Shown here in pieces: positions 1 through 8,456 of a stretch of 64,000 nt of DNA. Source of the stretch: Patescibacteria group bacterium. GTDB taxonomy: Bacteria; Patescibacteriota; Patescibacteriia; 2-12-FULL-60-25. The translations under genes and the position numbers were made by a program. The notes under the pieces were generated by a model, which was not told where the DNA came from, made no database searches, and was given only the letters and a program-made list of their open reading frames with translations. Every line of letters begins with the position of its first letter. Within the stretch, counting starts at the first letter, position 1. The stretch spans positions 35,309 through 99,308 of the forward strand of contig JAGOTP010000002.1 in assembly GCA_018061755.1 (NCBI GenBank). Reading direction: 5' to 3'.

Positions 1-343
1 CGATGATCTCGACTGTTTCGCCTGGCAAGCCGATGACACGCTTGATGAAATACTGTTTAGGATCTTTTGGATATTTGAAAACCACGATATCGCCACGGAC
101 AGGATCATGTAAGCGATAACTCAGCTCATCGATAATCAGATATTCATGGTCGAAAAAGTTCGGCTCCATGCTGGCCCCTTTGACGTAGAACGGCTGGATC
201 AGGAAATAGCGAACTGGAAGAATGATGACGAGCGAAATCGCCAGAATCTGAAGCAATTCCAAGGCGAACTTCACCACCGCTCGACGCTTATTCTGTGGCG
301 GCTCGGAAACTGGCAAGGAGGTTTGTGAGGGAGGAAGATCCAT
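1..343 (-). CDS. lepB: Signal peptidase I (5' part; C-terminal coding part lies outside the window)
   Basis: Reverse-strand ATG at 341-343. Translation is MDLPPSQ...LVIILPVRYFLIQPFYVKGASMEPNFFDHEYLIIDELSY...IVVFKYPKD...FIKRVIGLPGETVEI, showing a TM anchor, the catalytic GASMEP (SMxP) box and the KRVIGLPGE box. It runs off the left edge. Confidence 0.85.
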   Translation of the reverse strand, partial: MDLPPSQTSLPVSEPPQNKRRAVVKFALELLQILAISLVIILPVRYFLIQPFYVKGASMEPNFFDHEYLIIDELSYRLHDPVRGDIVVFKYPKDPKQYFIKRVIGLPGETVEII

Positions 344-362
344 AAGTCGTATGGTTACTGTA

Positions 363-779
363 TCAGGAGAATGTGGTCTTCGTATACTTGAGCAGCGCGT
401 TCCATTGTGCTTCGGTCACGGGCTGTACTGACAAGCGTGAGTGGGTCACGAGAGCCATCGTTCCTAAACCAGGCGTGTTACGAACTTCCTCTAGACCGAT
501 TGTACGACCGCAGGGTCCAAGTGCCCGAATCCGTACCGACACCCAGTCCCCTTCTTCAGCCGTTGGATCCAGCTTAGCTGTTTCGACGATTTCCGCGACC
601 CCCACGATCTCCTTGTCTTCCTGGCTGTGATAGACAAAGGCTCGATCGCCTTTTTTCATGAGTTTTAGGTTATTTCGTGCCTGAAAATTCCGGATCCCCG
701 TCCAATCCGTTTCCTTATCACGAACCAGATCATCCCAAGAATAAGTATCTGGATCACTTTTTAAGAGCCAATAGGCCAT
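363..779 (-). CDS. EVE (PUA-like) domain protein
   Basis: The ORF 363..938 is trimmed to the internal ATG at 777-779. MAYWLLKSDPDTYSWDDL...WTGIRNFQARNNLKLMKKGDRAFVYHS...IVGVAEIV is the typical EVE/DUF55 pattern. Confidence 0.8.
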   Translation of the reverse strand: MAYWLLKSDPDTYSWDDLVRDKETDWTGIRNFQARNNLKLMKKGDRAFVYHSQEDKEIVGVAEIVETAKLDPTAEEGDWVSVRIRALGPCGRTIGLEEVRNTPGLGTMALVTHSRLSVQPVTEAQWNALLKYTKTTFS

Positions 780-863
780 AGTAGAGGGACGGTAGCATAT
801 TTTTTGAGACGAAGCCCAGTTCAGACACACTTTGTCTTTTTTTGGCTCAATGAGGCCGAAATA

Positions 864-892
864 TTGACAAAATGGCTGTTTTATGAGATACT
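864..892 (+). promoter_or_regulatory. Sigma70-like promoter (TTGACA-17-GATACT) upstream of the GC-rich ORF 975..1661
   Basis: TTGACA at 864-869, a 17-nt spacer and GATACT at 887-892. AAGGA lies 9 nt upstream of the ATG at 975. Confidence 0.4.
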
Positions 893-974
893 TCGCAGTT
901 CGTTGCGGGAGATAAGGCGTTCCTTTTCTTTCGCGCATTTCTCAACAACTCGAGCAATCAAAGGATGGACTATC

Positions 975-1661
975 ATGCAGACGAATTCGGCCTTGATCAC
1001 GCGCCAGCTCTGGGTACTCGGGCTGCGGCTCGAGTTTCTCGTGAGTCACATCGACGGGCAGCGCGCCGCCGAGGAGCTCATCCGCTGCCTCCGGGCAACC
1101 CCTCAGGAGCCGGATCTGATCGAGATGCGCGCCGGAGAAATCGTGGCGATCAGCGACTTCCCCCGCCAGTGCGCAACGCTCGACTCGCTGATCGAAGGCA
1201 TCCGCTTCAAGGCGGAGAGCCTGGGCGGTCGACGGGTCGGGATCACGCTCACCTGGGACGATACCCAAGAGGGCATCTACGAACGTCTGCAGGCGTCCCT
1301 GCGGATGCTCGATAGCCCCCTGGAGCGCGCATTCGCGTACGAGGGTGCCAAGCTGATCACGACGCCCTCGGAGTGGAGGCTCGAGCTTCCCCAGGGTGAC
1401 GGCGAGCGGACCCTGTCCACGGATGCTCGCATCAGCCTCGGTGAACGAGTACGCGTGCAGCAGAACGGTTACCCGCAGATCAAGGCCCTCGAGGGCGAAG
1501 TTCTGACGGTCTACCGCAACCACTTCGGCATCTACGGCGGAGAGCATCCGCCGCGCCACACCCGAAACGACGTCTTCGCCTCGGTCGGCAACTTCTTCCT
1601 GAGGCTCGACCCGCGCACGGGCAAGATCGAGGTCTTCCAGCGCTCGGCGCGACCGACCTAG
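975..1661 (+). CDS. Hypothetical protein (GC-rich island 1), no signal peptide
   Basis: The ORF 804..1661 is trimmed to ATG 975, preceded by AAGGA. Third codon positions are almost all G/C. A 60-nt spot count at 1021-1080 gives 41/60 G+C. I recognise no domain. Confidence 0.7.
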   Translation: MQTNSALITRQLWVLGLRLEFLVSHIDGQRAAEELIRCLRATPQEPDLIEMRAGEIVAISDFPRQCATLDSLIEGIRFKAESLGGRRVGITLTWDDTQEGIYERLQASLRMLDSPLERAFAYEGAKLITTPSEWRLELPQGDGERTLSTDARISLGERVRVQQNGYPQIKALEGEVLTVYRNHFGIYGGEHPPRHTRNDVFASVGNFFLRLDPRTGKIEVFQRSARPT

Positions 1662-1677
1662 TCGACTCAACTTCTCA

Positions 1678-1725
1678 CACCCCACCCCGAACCTCACTGG
1701 CTCGCGCGGTGGGGTTTCGGATTTT
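1678..1725 (+). terminator. Hairpin terminator after the island-1 ORF
   Basis: CCCCACC (1680-1686) pairs with GGTGGGG (1708-1714), followed by the T-rich TTTCGGATTTTAT. Confidence 0.5.
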
Positions 1726-1789
1726 ATATTGTAGTGCGCCTCCATTTCTAGTATTCTTTTCTCATCTTTTTCCTACTGTTCTTTATTCT

Positions 1790-3019
1790 ATGAGAATGAA
1801 ATCGCCTGAGATGGGAGGACTTGGTGCTGCATCTGCTAAGCCAATTGAGGAACAATCTGCTCAACCATCAAAAGAACAGCCGAGCTTGCGAAAGCATGAG
1901 CCTTGGCTTACAGGCGCTCTGATGGCGTTGCTTGAACTCGCACCAGGAACGACAGAAGCGCAAGCTTTAACAGAACGCCGAACAACATCGGTAGCAGCGT
2001 TCAACCAAGTCGTGAAGAGTAGCCGCAGTGAACAGCGCGTGCGTTCGCCAATTGATGGGTTGCAACCTCCGGAATACGTGGGGCCAGCTCGTTTTACGTT
2101 CACGCACTTCCAATCGATACCTCATGGTATGCGCGACCGTGACATCCAAATTCGTCAGATGGAAAGAACGGTCGCTCAACCCGGAGTAGATCTGGTAAGT
2201 TTTTTAGAGGGACAGGCTCAAAATGGGGTCTACGTCGCCCTCGGCAGAACACGCAGCACACTCCGAGGAGCATTCCATGAACCCAACGAGCAACATGATC
2301 AATATACCGTCGAACGTCTCCAGTTTCACCCCGTCAGTAGCCGCAACATCGTTGACAGAACAACCGTCTTTGCTTCAAGGGGTCCTTTAACAGGCTCAAG
2401 ACGACAAGCCTACGAAGAGCATGGTGGTAGCTTTCCACCACTCGATGAAGCCGACGTTCTCAGCAGAGAACAGTTCGACTATGTTAACGTCGGATACAGT
2501 GCACCAAATCAAGATATCGCATATGAAGGAACTGGGGCTACGCAGGAAGAGGCTATTGAACAAGCGATGCTTCACCTGGCTGACGAACAACTAAGCCAAA
2601 ACATGCTTCCAGAACAAGCCCAAACAATGAGCATCGTTCGTCTTAGGTCAAGCAATACAGAGCATAGCGGTGTGCATCAAGAATATCGCTTTAGTCAGTT
2701 AGTCGGAGCGCTGTATCTCACAGATTTGCATCTTGTGACACAGCGCGAAGGCACCTCTTATAGAGCTTGGGTCAGTGGTAAAATGCGCCCAATCACTTCC
2801 ATGACTTTTCGAGACACAGATGGAATTGAAACGATTCGCCACTTCGAACCGACACAAAACTATATTCAAGAAAATACGCCTCAACCACCAGCTCAAGAAG
2901 AAACGCCTGACGATCCGGCAGAAACAACACCTACAGATGCGCCACGTGCAGGAACACAGGGCGAGAGACATCACAGACAGCCTAGACCAAGCTCGAGAGG
3001 ACGTAGAACGAGACAGTAG
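1790..3019 (+). CDS. Hypothetical protein (backbone composition) with a Pro/Glu/Thr-rich and then Arg/His-rich C-terminal tail
   Basis: The ORF 1709..3019 is trimmed to ATG 1790 (MRMKSPEMGG...). Codon usage resembles the backbone. No domain recognised. The start choice is uncertain. Confidence 0.6.
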   Translation: MRMKSPEMGGLGAASAKPIEEQSAQPSKEQPSLRKHEPWLTGALMALLELAPGTTEAQALTERRTTSVAAFNQVVKSSRSEQRVRSPIDGLQPPEYVGPARFTFTHFQSIPHGMRDRDIQIRQMERTVAQPGVDLVSFLEGQAQNGVYVALGRTRSTLRGAFHEPNEQHDQYTVERLQFHPVSSRNIVDRTTVFASRGPLTGSRRQAYEEHGGSFPPLDEADVLSREQFDYVNVGYSAPNQDIAYEGTGATQEEAIEQAMLHLADEQLSQNMLPEQAQTMSIVRLRSSNTEHSGVHQEYRFSQLVGALYLTDLHLVTQREGTSYRAWVSGKMRPITSMTFRDTDGIETIRHFEPTQNYIQENTPQPPAQEETPDDPAETTPTDAPRAGTQGERHHRQPRPSSRGRRTRQ

Positions 3020-3040
3020 AGGCTTTATTGTCTGCATATT

Positions 3041-3082
3041 AAAGAGACTAGTCACATACTGTATGACCAGTCTCTTTTTTGT
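3041..3082 (+). terminator. Rho-independent terminator
   Basis: AAGAGACTAGTC ... GACCAGTCTCTT hairpin (one mismatch) followed by TTTTTTGTT. Confidence 0.55.
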
Positions 3083-3121
3083 TATTGAATGGTTTTCTTT
3101 TCTCTCAACACAGCTAAAATG

Positions 3122-3151
3122 TTGACAAATGTGCCATTTTTATGTTATTAT
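3122..3151 (+). promoter_or_regulatory. Sigma70-like promoter (TTGACA-18-TATTAT) for the island-2 leader and ORF
   Basis: TTGACA at 3122-3127 and TATTAT at 3146-3151. A leader of about 160 nt follows, containing an AGGAGG-preceded 4-codon uORF at 3179-3193. Confidence 0.45.
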
Positions 3152-3315
3152 TGCACGTTCTTTCACAGGAGGTGAACGATGTTTCGACAATGAAACGTGA
3201 CCGGATCAATCCAAGTCACACGTGAGAAGAAGAGCGTTCGTCGCTCGTGATCCCTCCCAGAAGAGCGTGTGACGTACCGCAGGTACCCACACCAACCCTT
3301 CGAAGAGGCTCCATC

Positions 3316-4599
3316 ATGACGACGAACAACAGCGACCAGAACACCAACGCCACCCAGGACGACTACGCCTTCTACAACCCGCCCCCTCGCAGCTGGCGAG
3401 AGGCACCGGCGGAAGACATCGATGCGATCAAGGCGCTCATCGCGGCCGAGAACCACGACGAGATCGCCGAGATCACGGAGTACGAGACCAGCTACCATCT
3501 CGGACTCCTCGCGGCTCACGGCTACCCCCGTGAGCGCCTGGTCACGCTCGTCCTCCAGCACTGCCGTGAGGCGAGTGGTGGACTGGGCGGCTGGACCAGG
3601 GACTTCCTCAAGGTCGAGAACGGCGAGATCCTCGACTACCTGGTCGAAGATGGCCCGTCGTCGACGCTGAGCTACCTCGGCCTGATCTCGACCCTGATCG
3701 AGCAGGATGCCGAAGGTGTGCTCGCCAACATCGAACGCGTGCTCCTCTACCGAGCCCGCCCGGATGATGGTACGCACGTCTGGCACCCGCGCGAGTGGGA
3801 TCGCGAGCAGTTCTCCGGTCTCATCCCCTGGCTCGACTTCGCGGCACGCGAGAGGATCCGGGACGCGCTCATCCGCCACATCCAGCTCATCCGGGCGGAC
3901 CTCATGCTGCGTGTCTTCTCGACGCCGCAGCAGCTGATGCTGTTCTTCGGCAAGCGCAACGCGCGCCTCACCCACACCAAGGAGACGAGCAAGCTCGCCG
4001 CCATCCTCGCGCTCCGTCACGGGACGAGTGAGGCAGAGTGCAAGAAGGTGTTCCAGCGGCGAAGCGACATCGCCGAGATGCGCGAAGCCAGTCACAAACG
4101 CGACAAGATCGCGAAGCCGCTCATCGAAGACATGCTCGCCGGAACGCCGAGCATGCTGCCTACTCTCTACTGCGCGATCCTGAGCGTCCCCCTGCTCGAC
4201 CCCAGCCTGACCGTTCGCAGCAGCTGGCTCGACGAGGAGCTGCGCGCCGTCCTCGAACAGCATGGCTGGCACTTCGCCAAGACCGAGCTCTGGCCGGGCG
4301 AGAACGACAGCCTGAGTCTGGTGGCTGTGGCTGAAGACCGTACGAACCGCCGACCGGATCGACTCCTCATCCTGGCCGAGAACCAGCCGACCTGCACGGC
4401 TCGCACGCTGAAGCAGACACCCCTCTCCACCCTGGCAGCCGGCGATGAAGTCATCTACCACCAGTCGCTTCACGAGCTGCCGATCAGCGTGCGTCGTGGA
4501 CGATACTCGGTCGTGATGCTCGATGTCGTCGACTCCAAGATCCTCATCACGCGTGGTGGTGAAGCACGGGCCGCCTACCCGGCCCTTCCCCTCCCCTGA
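3316..4599 (+). CDS. Hypothetical 427-aa protein (GC-rich island 2), apparently cytoplasmic
   Basis: The ORF 3247..4599 is trimmed to ATG 3316 (MTTNNSDQNT...), with GAAGAGG upstream. GC3 bias is strong. No domain recognised. Confidence 0.7.
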   Translation: MTTNNSDQNTNATQDDYAFYNPPPRSWREAPAEDIDAIKALIAAENHDEIAEITEYETSYHLGLLAAHGYPRERLVTLVLQHCREASGGLGGWTRDFLKVENGEILDYLVEDGPSSTLSYLGLISTLIEQDAEGVLANIERVLLYRARPDDGTHVWHPREWDREQFSGLIPWLDFAARERIRDALIRHIQLIRADLMLRVFSTPQQLMLFFGKRNARLTHTKETSKLAAILALRHGTSEAECKKVFQRRSDIAEMREASHKRDKIAKPLIEDMLAGTPSMLPTLYCAILSVPLLDPSLTVRSSWLDEELRAVLEQHGWHFAKTELWPGENDSLSLVAVAEDRTNRRPDRLLILAENQPTCTARTLKQTPLSTLAAGDEVIYHQSLHELPISVRRGRYSVVMLDVVDSKILITRGGEARAAYPALPLP

Positions 4600-4612
4600 T
4601 CCCTCCACCCCA

Positions 4613-4685
4613 CCGCGAGACCACGCCTCGCGGGATTCCCTCAGCTCATGAGTTCAGACTCTTGGCCTGAGGGAATTTTCATTTT
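4613..4685. terminator. Two hairpins between the convergent island-2 ORF and miaA
   Basis: CCGCGAG (4613-4619) pairs with CTCGCGG (4627-4633). ATTCCCTCAG (4635-4644) pairs with CTGAGGGAAT (4667-4676), followed by TTTTCATTTT. Confidence 0.5.
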
Positions 4686-4699
4686 CGCAACACACTAAC

Positions 4700-5620
4700 C
4701 TAGGCCTCCAAAAACTTCTCCACAGCCCGCACTGCATTCTCCTTCGATTGATGCCATTGAATGCGTTGATCTTTCTTGAACCAAGTCAACTGTCGCTTGG
4801 CATACTGCCAGGTGGCTGCACGGATGTGGTCCAGCGCTTCTTCATAGGAAACATCTCCACGAATAAACTCACCGACATCTCGATAGCCAATAGAAGTCAT
4901 GGCTGGGGCATCCCAGGGAATGCCGGATGCGTGCAACTTCTGTACTTCCTCCTTCCAACCGTCAGCAAACATTCGTTCAATAGCAGCGTTGATTCGTGTG
5001 CGTAATTCTTCAGGCGAGCGTTGCAGTCCAAGCAAAAAAGCATCAACCAAAGACTCGCCTTGCAAGCGTTGTTCTTTGAAAGATGTTCCGGTGGTTGTCA
5101 CGACTTCCAAAGCTCGCTCTACTCGACGGCGATTCTTCAGATCAACCCAGGTCGCCGCTTCTGGATCAGCTTTTTCCAAACGTCGTATGAGTTGTTCGAG
5201 TGAGCGACTGGCCATTTCAGCTCGCAATTCGGGCTGAGGTGGAACCTGGGGAGGCTCATAGTTATCAACGAGAGACTGGATGTACAAACCAGTACCCCCA
5301 ACCAGGATGGGGAGCTTGCCACGTGCGACAACATCCCTTACAGCAGCCAGTGCCGCCGCTTTCCATTCCGTGACGCTATAGATCTGATCGGGGGCAAGAA
5401 ATCCAAAGAGATGATGAGGAATATCTGCCTGCTCTTCTTTTGTGGGCTGTCCCGTTCCAATGATGAAGCCTTTATAAATCTGGCGCGCGTCAGCGTTGAT
5501 GATTTCACCCTTAAAACGTTTGGCTAATTCTAAAGACAGCGCGGTCTTGCCGGATGAAGTGGGACCGACGATGGAAACAATTTTGGGTAAACCAATAGCA
5601 GAAACCGCAGTCTGAGACAT
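4700..5620 (-). CDS. miaA: tRNA dimethylallyltransferase
   Basis: P-loop IVGPTSSGKTALS, then INADARQIYKGFIIGTGQPT...IPHHLFGF and PILVGGTGLY, all MiaA hallmarks. Confidence 0.92.
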   Translation of the reverse strand: MSQTAVSAIGLPKIVSIVGPTSSGKTALSLELAKRFKGEIINADARQIYKGFIIGTGQPTKEEQADIPHHLFGFLAPDQIYSVTEWKAAALAAVRDVVARGKLPILVGGTGLYIQSLVDNYEPPQVPPQPELRAEMASRSLEQLIRRLEKADPEAATWVDLKNRRRVERALEVVTTTGTSFKEQRLQGESLVDAFLLGLQRSPEELRTRINAAIERMFADGWKEEVQKLHASGIPWDAPAMTSIGYRDVGEFIRGDVSYEEALDHIRAATWQYAKRQLTWFKKDQRIQWHQSKENAVRAVEKFLEA

Positions 5621-5634
5621 ACGGCCAGACAGTA

Positions 5635-6903
5635 TCAGGAGCCCAATTCCATTTCAATCTCCATCAGTCGGTTATATTTCTCCACTCGCTCTGAACGCGA
5701 GAGAGATCCAGTCTTGATATATTCCGAGCCACAGGCCACAGCGAGATCAGCGATTGTGGTATCTGAAGTTTCGCCAGATCGATGTGAGATAGATGTTGCA
5801 AACCCATGTTTATGAGCGAGAAGAATCGCATCGATCGTCTCGGTCAACGTTCCGATCTGATTAGGCTTGATCAAAATGGCACTCGCCGCTTTTTCTTCGA
5901 TACCGCGCTTTAGACGCTCCACGTTCGTGACAAAAAAATCATCACCCACAACTTTCACTTTGTGTTTTGCGAATAAAGGAAGAGCCGATGACCAAGCGCT
6001 CCAATCATCTTCTGCAAAGGGATCTTCGATGGATTCGAAATACGGAACATCCTCCATGAGCTTGCGGTAGCGATCGGTGAGCTCGCTGGCTGTATATTCT
6101 TTTCCTTCTGTTTTGAATGAGTATTTCTTTTTCTTGGCATCGTACATCTCAGAACTTGCGACATCCATCGCCAAACCAACATCTTTTCCTGGTTTATAGC
6201 CAGCTTTCTTAATCGCCTCTACTAAATACTCTAAACCTTCATTCACATTGGCAACACGAGGCGCAAATCCCCCTTCATCCCCCACCGTCGTCACATAGCC
6301 ATCCTGCTTCAAAAGTTTTTTCAAGACATGAAAGACTTCCGCCCCGATACGCACACGCTCCGAAAAACGCTTATGCTTTGGCACGATCATGCACTCTTGC
6401 ACATCAATCGCCCAATCCGCATGAGCACCGCCATTCAAGACGTTCATCGTTGCAACCGGTAACGCAGCTGGATGCACAAAATCAAAAGTCTTACGCAAAG
6501 ACGTCCAAAGAGGCAAGCGACGATGAAGAGCCGCAGCCTGCGCGCAAGCGAGAGACACCGCTAAAAGAGCGTTCGCTCCCAAGCGTTTTTTACTGGTCGT
6601 TCCATCCAATTCGATCATGACATGATCGATATCTTGCTGACGGCTGGCATCAATACCACGCAAGACCGGTGCGATAATTTCGTTGATATTTTTCACCGCT
6701 TTTAAGACCCCTTGGCCAGCATAGCGCTTGCCTCCATCACGTAATTCAAGCGCTTCATGGCTGCCGGTCGAAGCACCGGACGGAACTCTTGCTTCAGCCG
6801 AAGCACCAGAACGCAAAGTGACACGACAAGCAACCGTCGGATTCCCTCGAGAATCGAGCACTTCACGCGCAAAGATGTGATGGATCTTGTGTCCGCCGAA
6901 CAT
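5635..6903 (-). CDS. eno: Enolase
   Basis: IFAREVLDSRGNPTV...VPSGASTGSHEALELRDG...ILIKPNQIGTLTET...ISHRSGETSDTTIADLAV are canonical enolase motifs. Confidence 0.97.
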   Translation of the reverse strand: MFGGHKIHHIFAREVLDSRGNPTVACRVTLRSGASAEARVPSGASTGSHEALELRDGGKRYAGQGVLKAVKNINEIIAPVLRGIDASRQQDIDHVMIELDGTTSKKRLGANALLAVSLACAQAAALHRRLPLWTSLRKTFDFVHPAALPVATMNVLNGGAHADWAIDVQECMIVPKHKRFSERVRIGAEVFHVLKKLLKQDGYVTTVGDEGGFAPRVANVNEGLEYLVEAIKKAGYKPGKDVGLAMDVASSEMYDAKKKKYSFKTEGKEYTASELTDRYRKLMEDVPYFESIEDPFAEDDWSAWSSALPLFAKHKVKVVGDDFFVTNVERLKRGIEEKAASAILIKPNQIGTLTETIDAILLAHKHGFATSISHRSGETSDTTIADLAVACGSEYIKTGSLSRSERVEKYNRLMEIEMELGS

Positions 6904-6985
6904 AGAAAGAAAGAACGAGAGTAAGACAGGCTTGAGTATAGCAAATGCACCTTCATTCGTCGTGGACCGATACTCACCGACTCAT

Positions 6986-7366
6986 TCATGAATGCTGCGC
7001 AAACGGTTCCATGGCAAGAATCCGATCAGCCACGGAACGCTTCAGCGAATGATTCGCTACCAATTCTTCAATCACGGTTTCCAACTTCTTATTAGACTTG
7101 CGGGACAATACGACTAAGTCGCCTCGCAAATCAGCAATCTTGTCATCAAGATAGTCCTTGGTAACCATGCGTGACTCAAGCCCATCTACTTTTGATTCAA
7201 GCTTTACTATCGCAGTTTCAACGTCTCGAAATTTCGTTTCAAGTCTCGATAATCGAACTTCCGTATCAGTGGCAAAAACCTGGAACGCACCTAACACATC
7301 CTGTTTCATTTCCTGAAAAGCAGAAAAGAGATCCTGAATTGAATGAGCACGTGAAGAGGTCTTCAT
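6986..7366 (-). CDS. Hypothetical coiled-coil protein
   Basis: 126-aa ORF with heptad-like, charged sequence (RLSRLETKFRDVETAIVKLESKVDGLESRM). No domain recognised. Confidence 0.6.
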   Translation of the reverse strand: MKTSSRAHSIQDLFSAFQEMKQDVLGAFQVFATDTEVRLSRLETKFRDVETAIVKLESKVDGLESRMVTKDYLDDKIADLRGDLVVLSRKSNKKLETVIEELVANHSLKRSVADRILAMEPFAQHS

Positions 7367-7534
7367 AGGGCGAGGATAGCAAAGATGAACCAGGTCTACT
7401 ATCTACTCCGTTCCATGAATAAAACGAGTTGTCAAACCTCTCTAAAATGCAACACGACGCCCATCGAGAGATCCAGAGGATTGGACTCGATAGACGTCGC
7501 AGTTGGCGAGGGGTTGGGTTGAAGGTGTGGAAGT

Positions 7535-8125
7535 TCAGCTGCTGCGCGCGCGGCGGCGGGAGCGACGCTCGTTGGAGGCGGACGTGCGGGGCGTGGGCGG
7601 CGTCGCGGCCGGGGCGGGCGCCTCGGCGGCGGCCGGCGGGGAGACCCACTCCGGCAAGTGCTGGGTGCGGCGGATGTCGGCCAGGTTGCGCCGAACATCC
7701 TCGAAGTCGGCGTCGTGCTGGTCGACCCGAGTGGTGAGCCGCGTGACACGGGCCTCGACCTCGCTGAACGGGGAGACGCAGATGCCCCGCTCCTGGTTCC
7801 AGATGGTGCCGCGGCAGCGGCACTTGCACCCGTCGTCGTCCCCGCAGCGGGTGACGCAGAGGCGCCGGCGCTCCTCGCGCTCGGCGCGCTCATCGCGGGG
7901 CGGCGGGGCGGCGACCACGGGCGGGTTGAGGGCCGCGTTGAGCGCCTGACACACCCGATCCTGGGTGTACCCCGGGCACATGACCATGGGGGCCTGGACG
8001 GTGACCGTGGTGGGCAGCGGCGGGACATCGACGGGCCACGACTGGGCGGCGGCGGAGCCGGCGACCAGCAACGTACCGAGGGCGAGAGACAGCGCGGGAA
8101 CAAGACGCTTGGTGAAACGCTTCAT
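7535..8125 (-). CDS. Hypothetical secreted protein (GC-rich island 3) with a Cys cluster
   Basis: The N-terminus MKRFTKRLVPALSLALGTLLVAGSAAAQS is signal-peptide-like. GAGGAG lies upstream of the ATG at 8125. Contains the cluster CVTRCGDDDGCKCRCRG. Strong GC3 bias. Confidence 0.7.
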   Translation of the reverse strand: MKRFTKRLVPALSLALGTLLVAGSAAAQSWPVDVPPLPTTVTVQAPMVMCPGYTQDRVCQALNAALNPPVVAAPPPRDERAEREERRRLCVTRCGDDDGCKCRCRGTIWNQERGICVSPFSEVEARVTRLTTRVDQHDADFEDVRRNLADIRRTQHLPEWVSPPAAAEAPAPAATPPTPRTSASNERRSRRRARSS

Positions 8126-8288
8126 GGGGACTCCTCGACCTAGCTATTCCTAAAACCAGGTCTTTTGGGGTTGAACACACGCTCCGCATCCGTCCAGCCA
8201 CAGGCTGAACTTCGGTTGGGAAGGGAGCTAAGGGACCGGTTAGATTTGCATAACCAGCCATTTTTGTCAAGAAAACGACGCCTTCCTA

Positions 8289-8318
8289 TTGACTTTTTTT
8301 GAAAAATACCTCTAAGAT
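8289..8318 (+). promoter_or_regulatory. Sigma70-like promoter (TTGACT-18-TAAGAT) for ORF 8457..9677
   Basis: TTGACT at 8289-8294 and TAAGAT at 8313-8318, in the AT-richer divergent intergenic region. Confidence 0.45.
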
Positions 8319-8456
8319 GTCCGGTTCCTCTGAGCTACGTCTTTAGTGACTTCTGCGGCAGAGGAAGCTACTTCACAACGTTTTCAACACAGGCTAAGGG
8401 CAAACCAGCCCAAGGCTCCACCACACCAGACCCCAGCTAATAAGGAGGGCAGGGTA

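Noticed and set aside
942-1745. 267-aa ORF antisense to the island-1 gene.
   Set aside because: It is a shadow ORF typical of GC-rich DNA. It has no SD, its translation is Arg/Ala/Leu-heavy, and the sense frame (975..1661) has an SD, a promoter and a terminator.
3163-4608. 481-aa ORF antisense to the island-2 gene, plus several nested 76-98-aa ORFs.
   Set aside because: It is stop-poor because of high GC. It would run through the promoter and leader of the sense gene, and its start is not supported by any SD. The sense ORF has strong third-position G/C.
7266-8270. Overlapping alternative ORFs in island 3 (7266..7829, 7432..8103, 7503..7949, 7658..8143, 7890..8270).
   Set aside because: All are Arg/Pro/Ala-rich shadow frames. 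Only 7535..8125 combines an SD, an ATG and a credible signal peptide.
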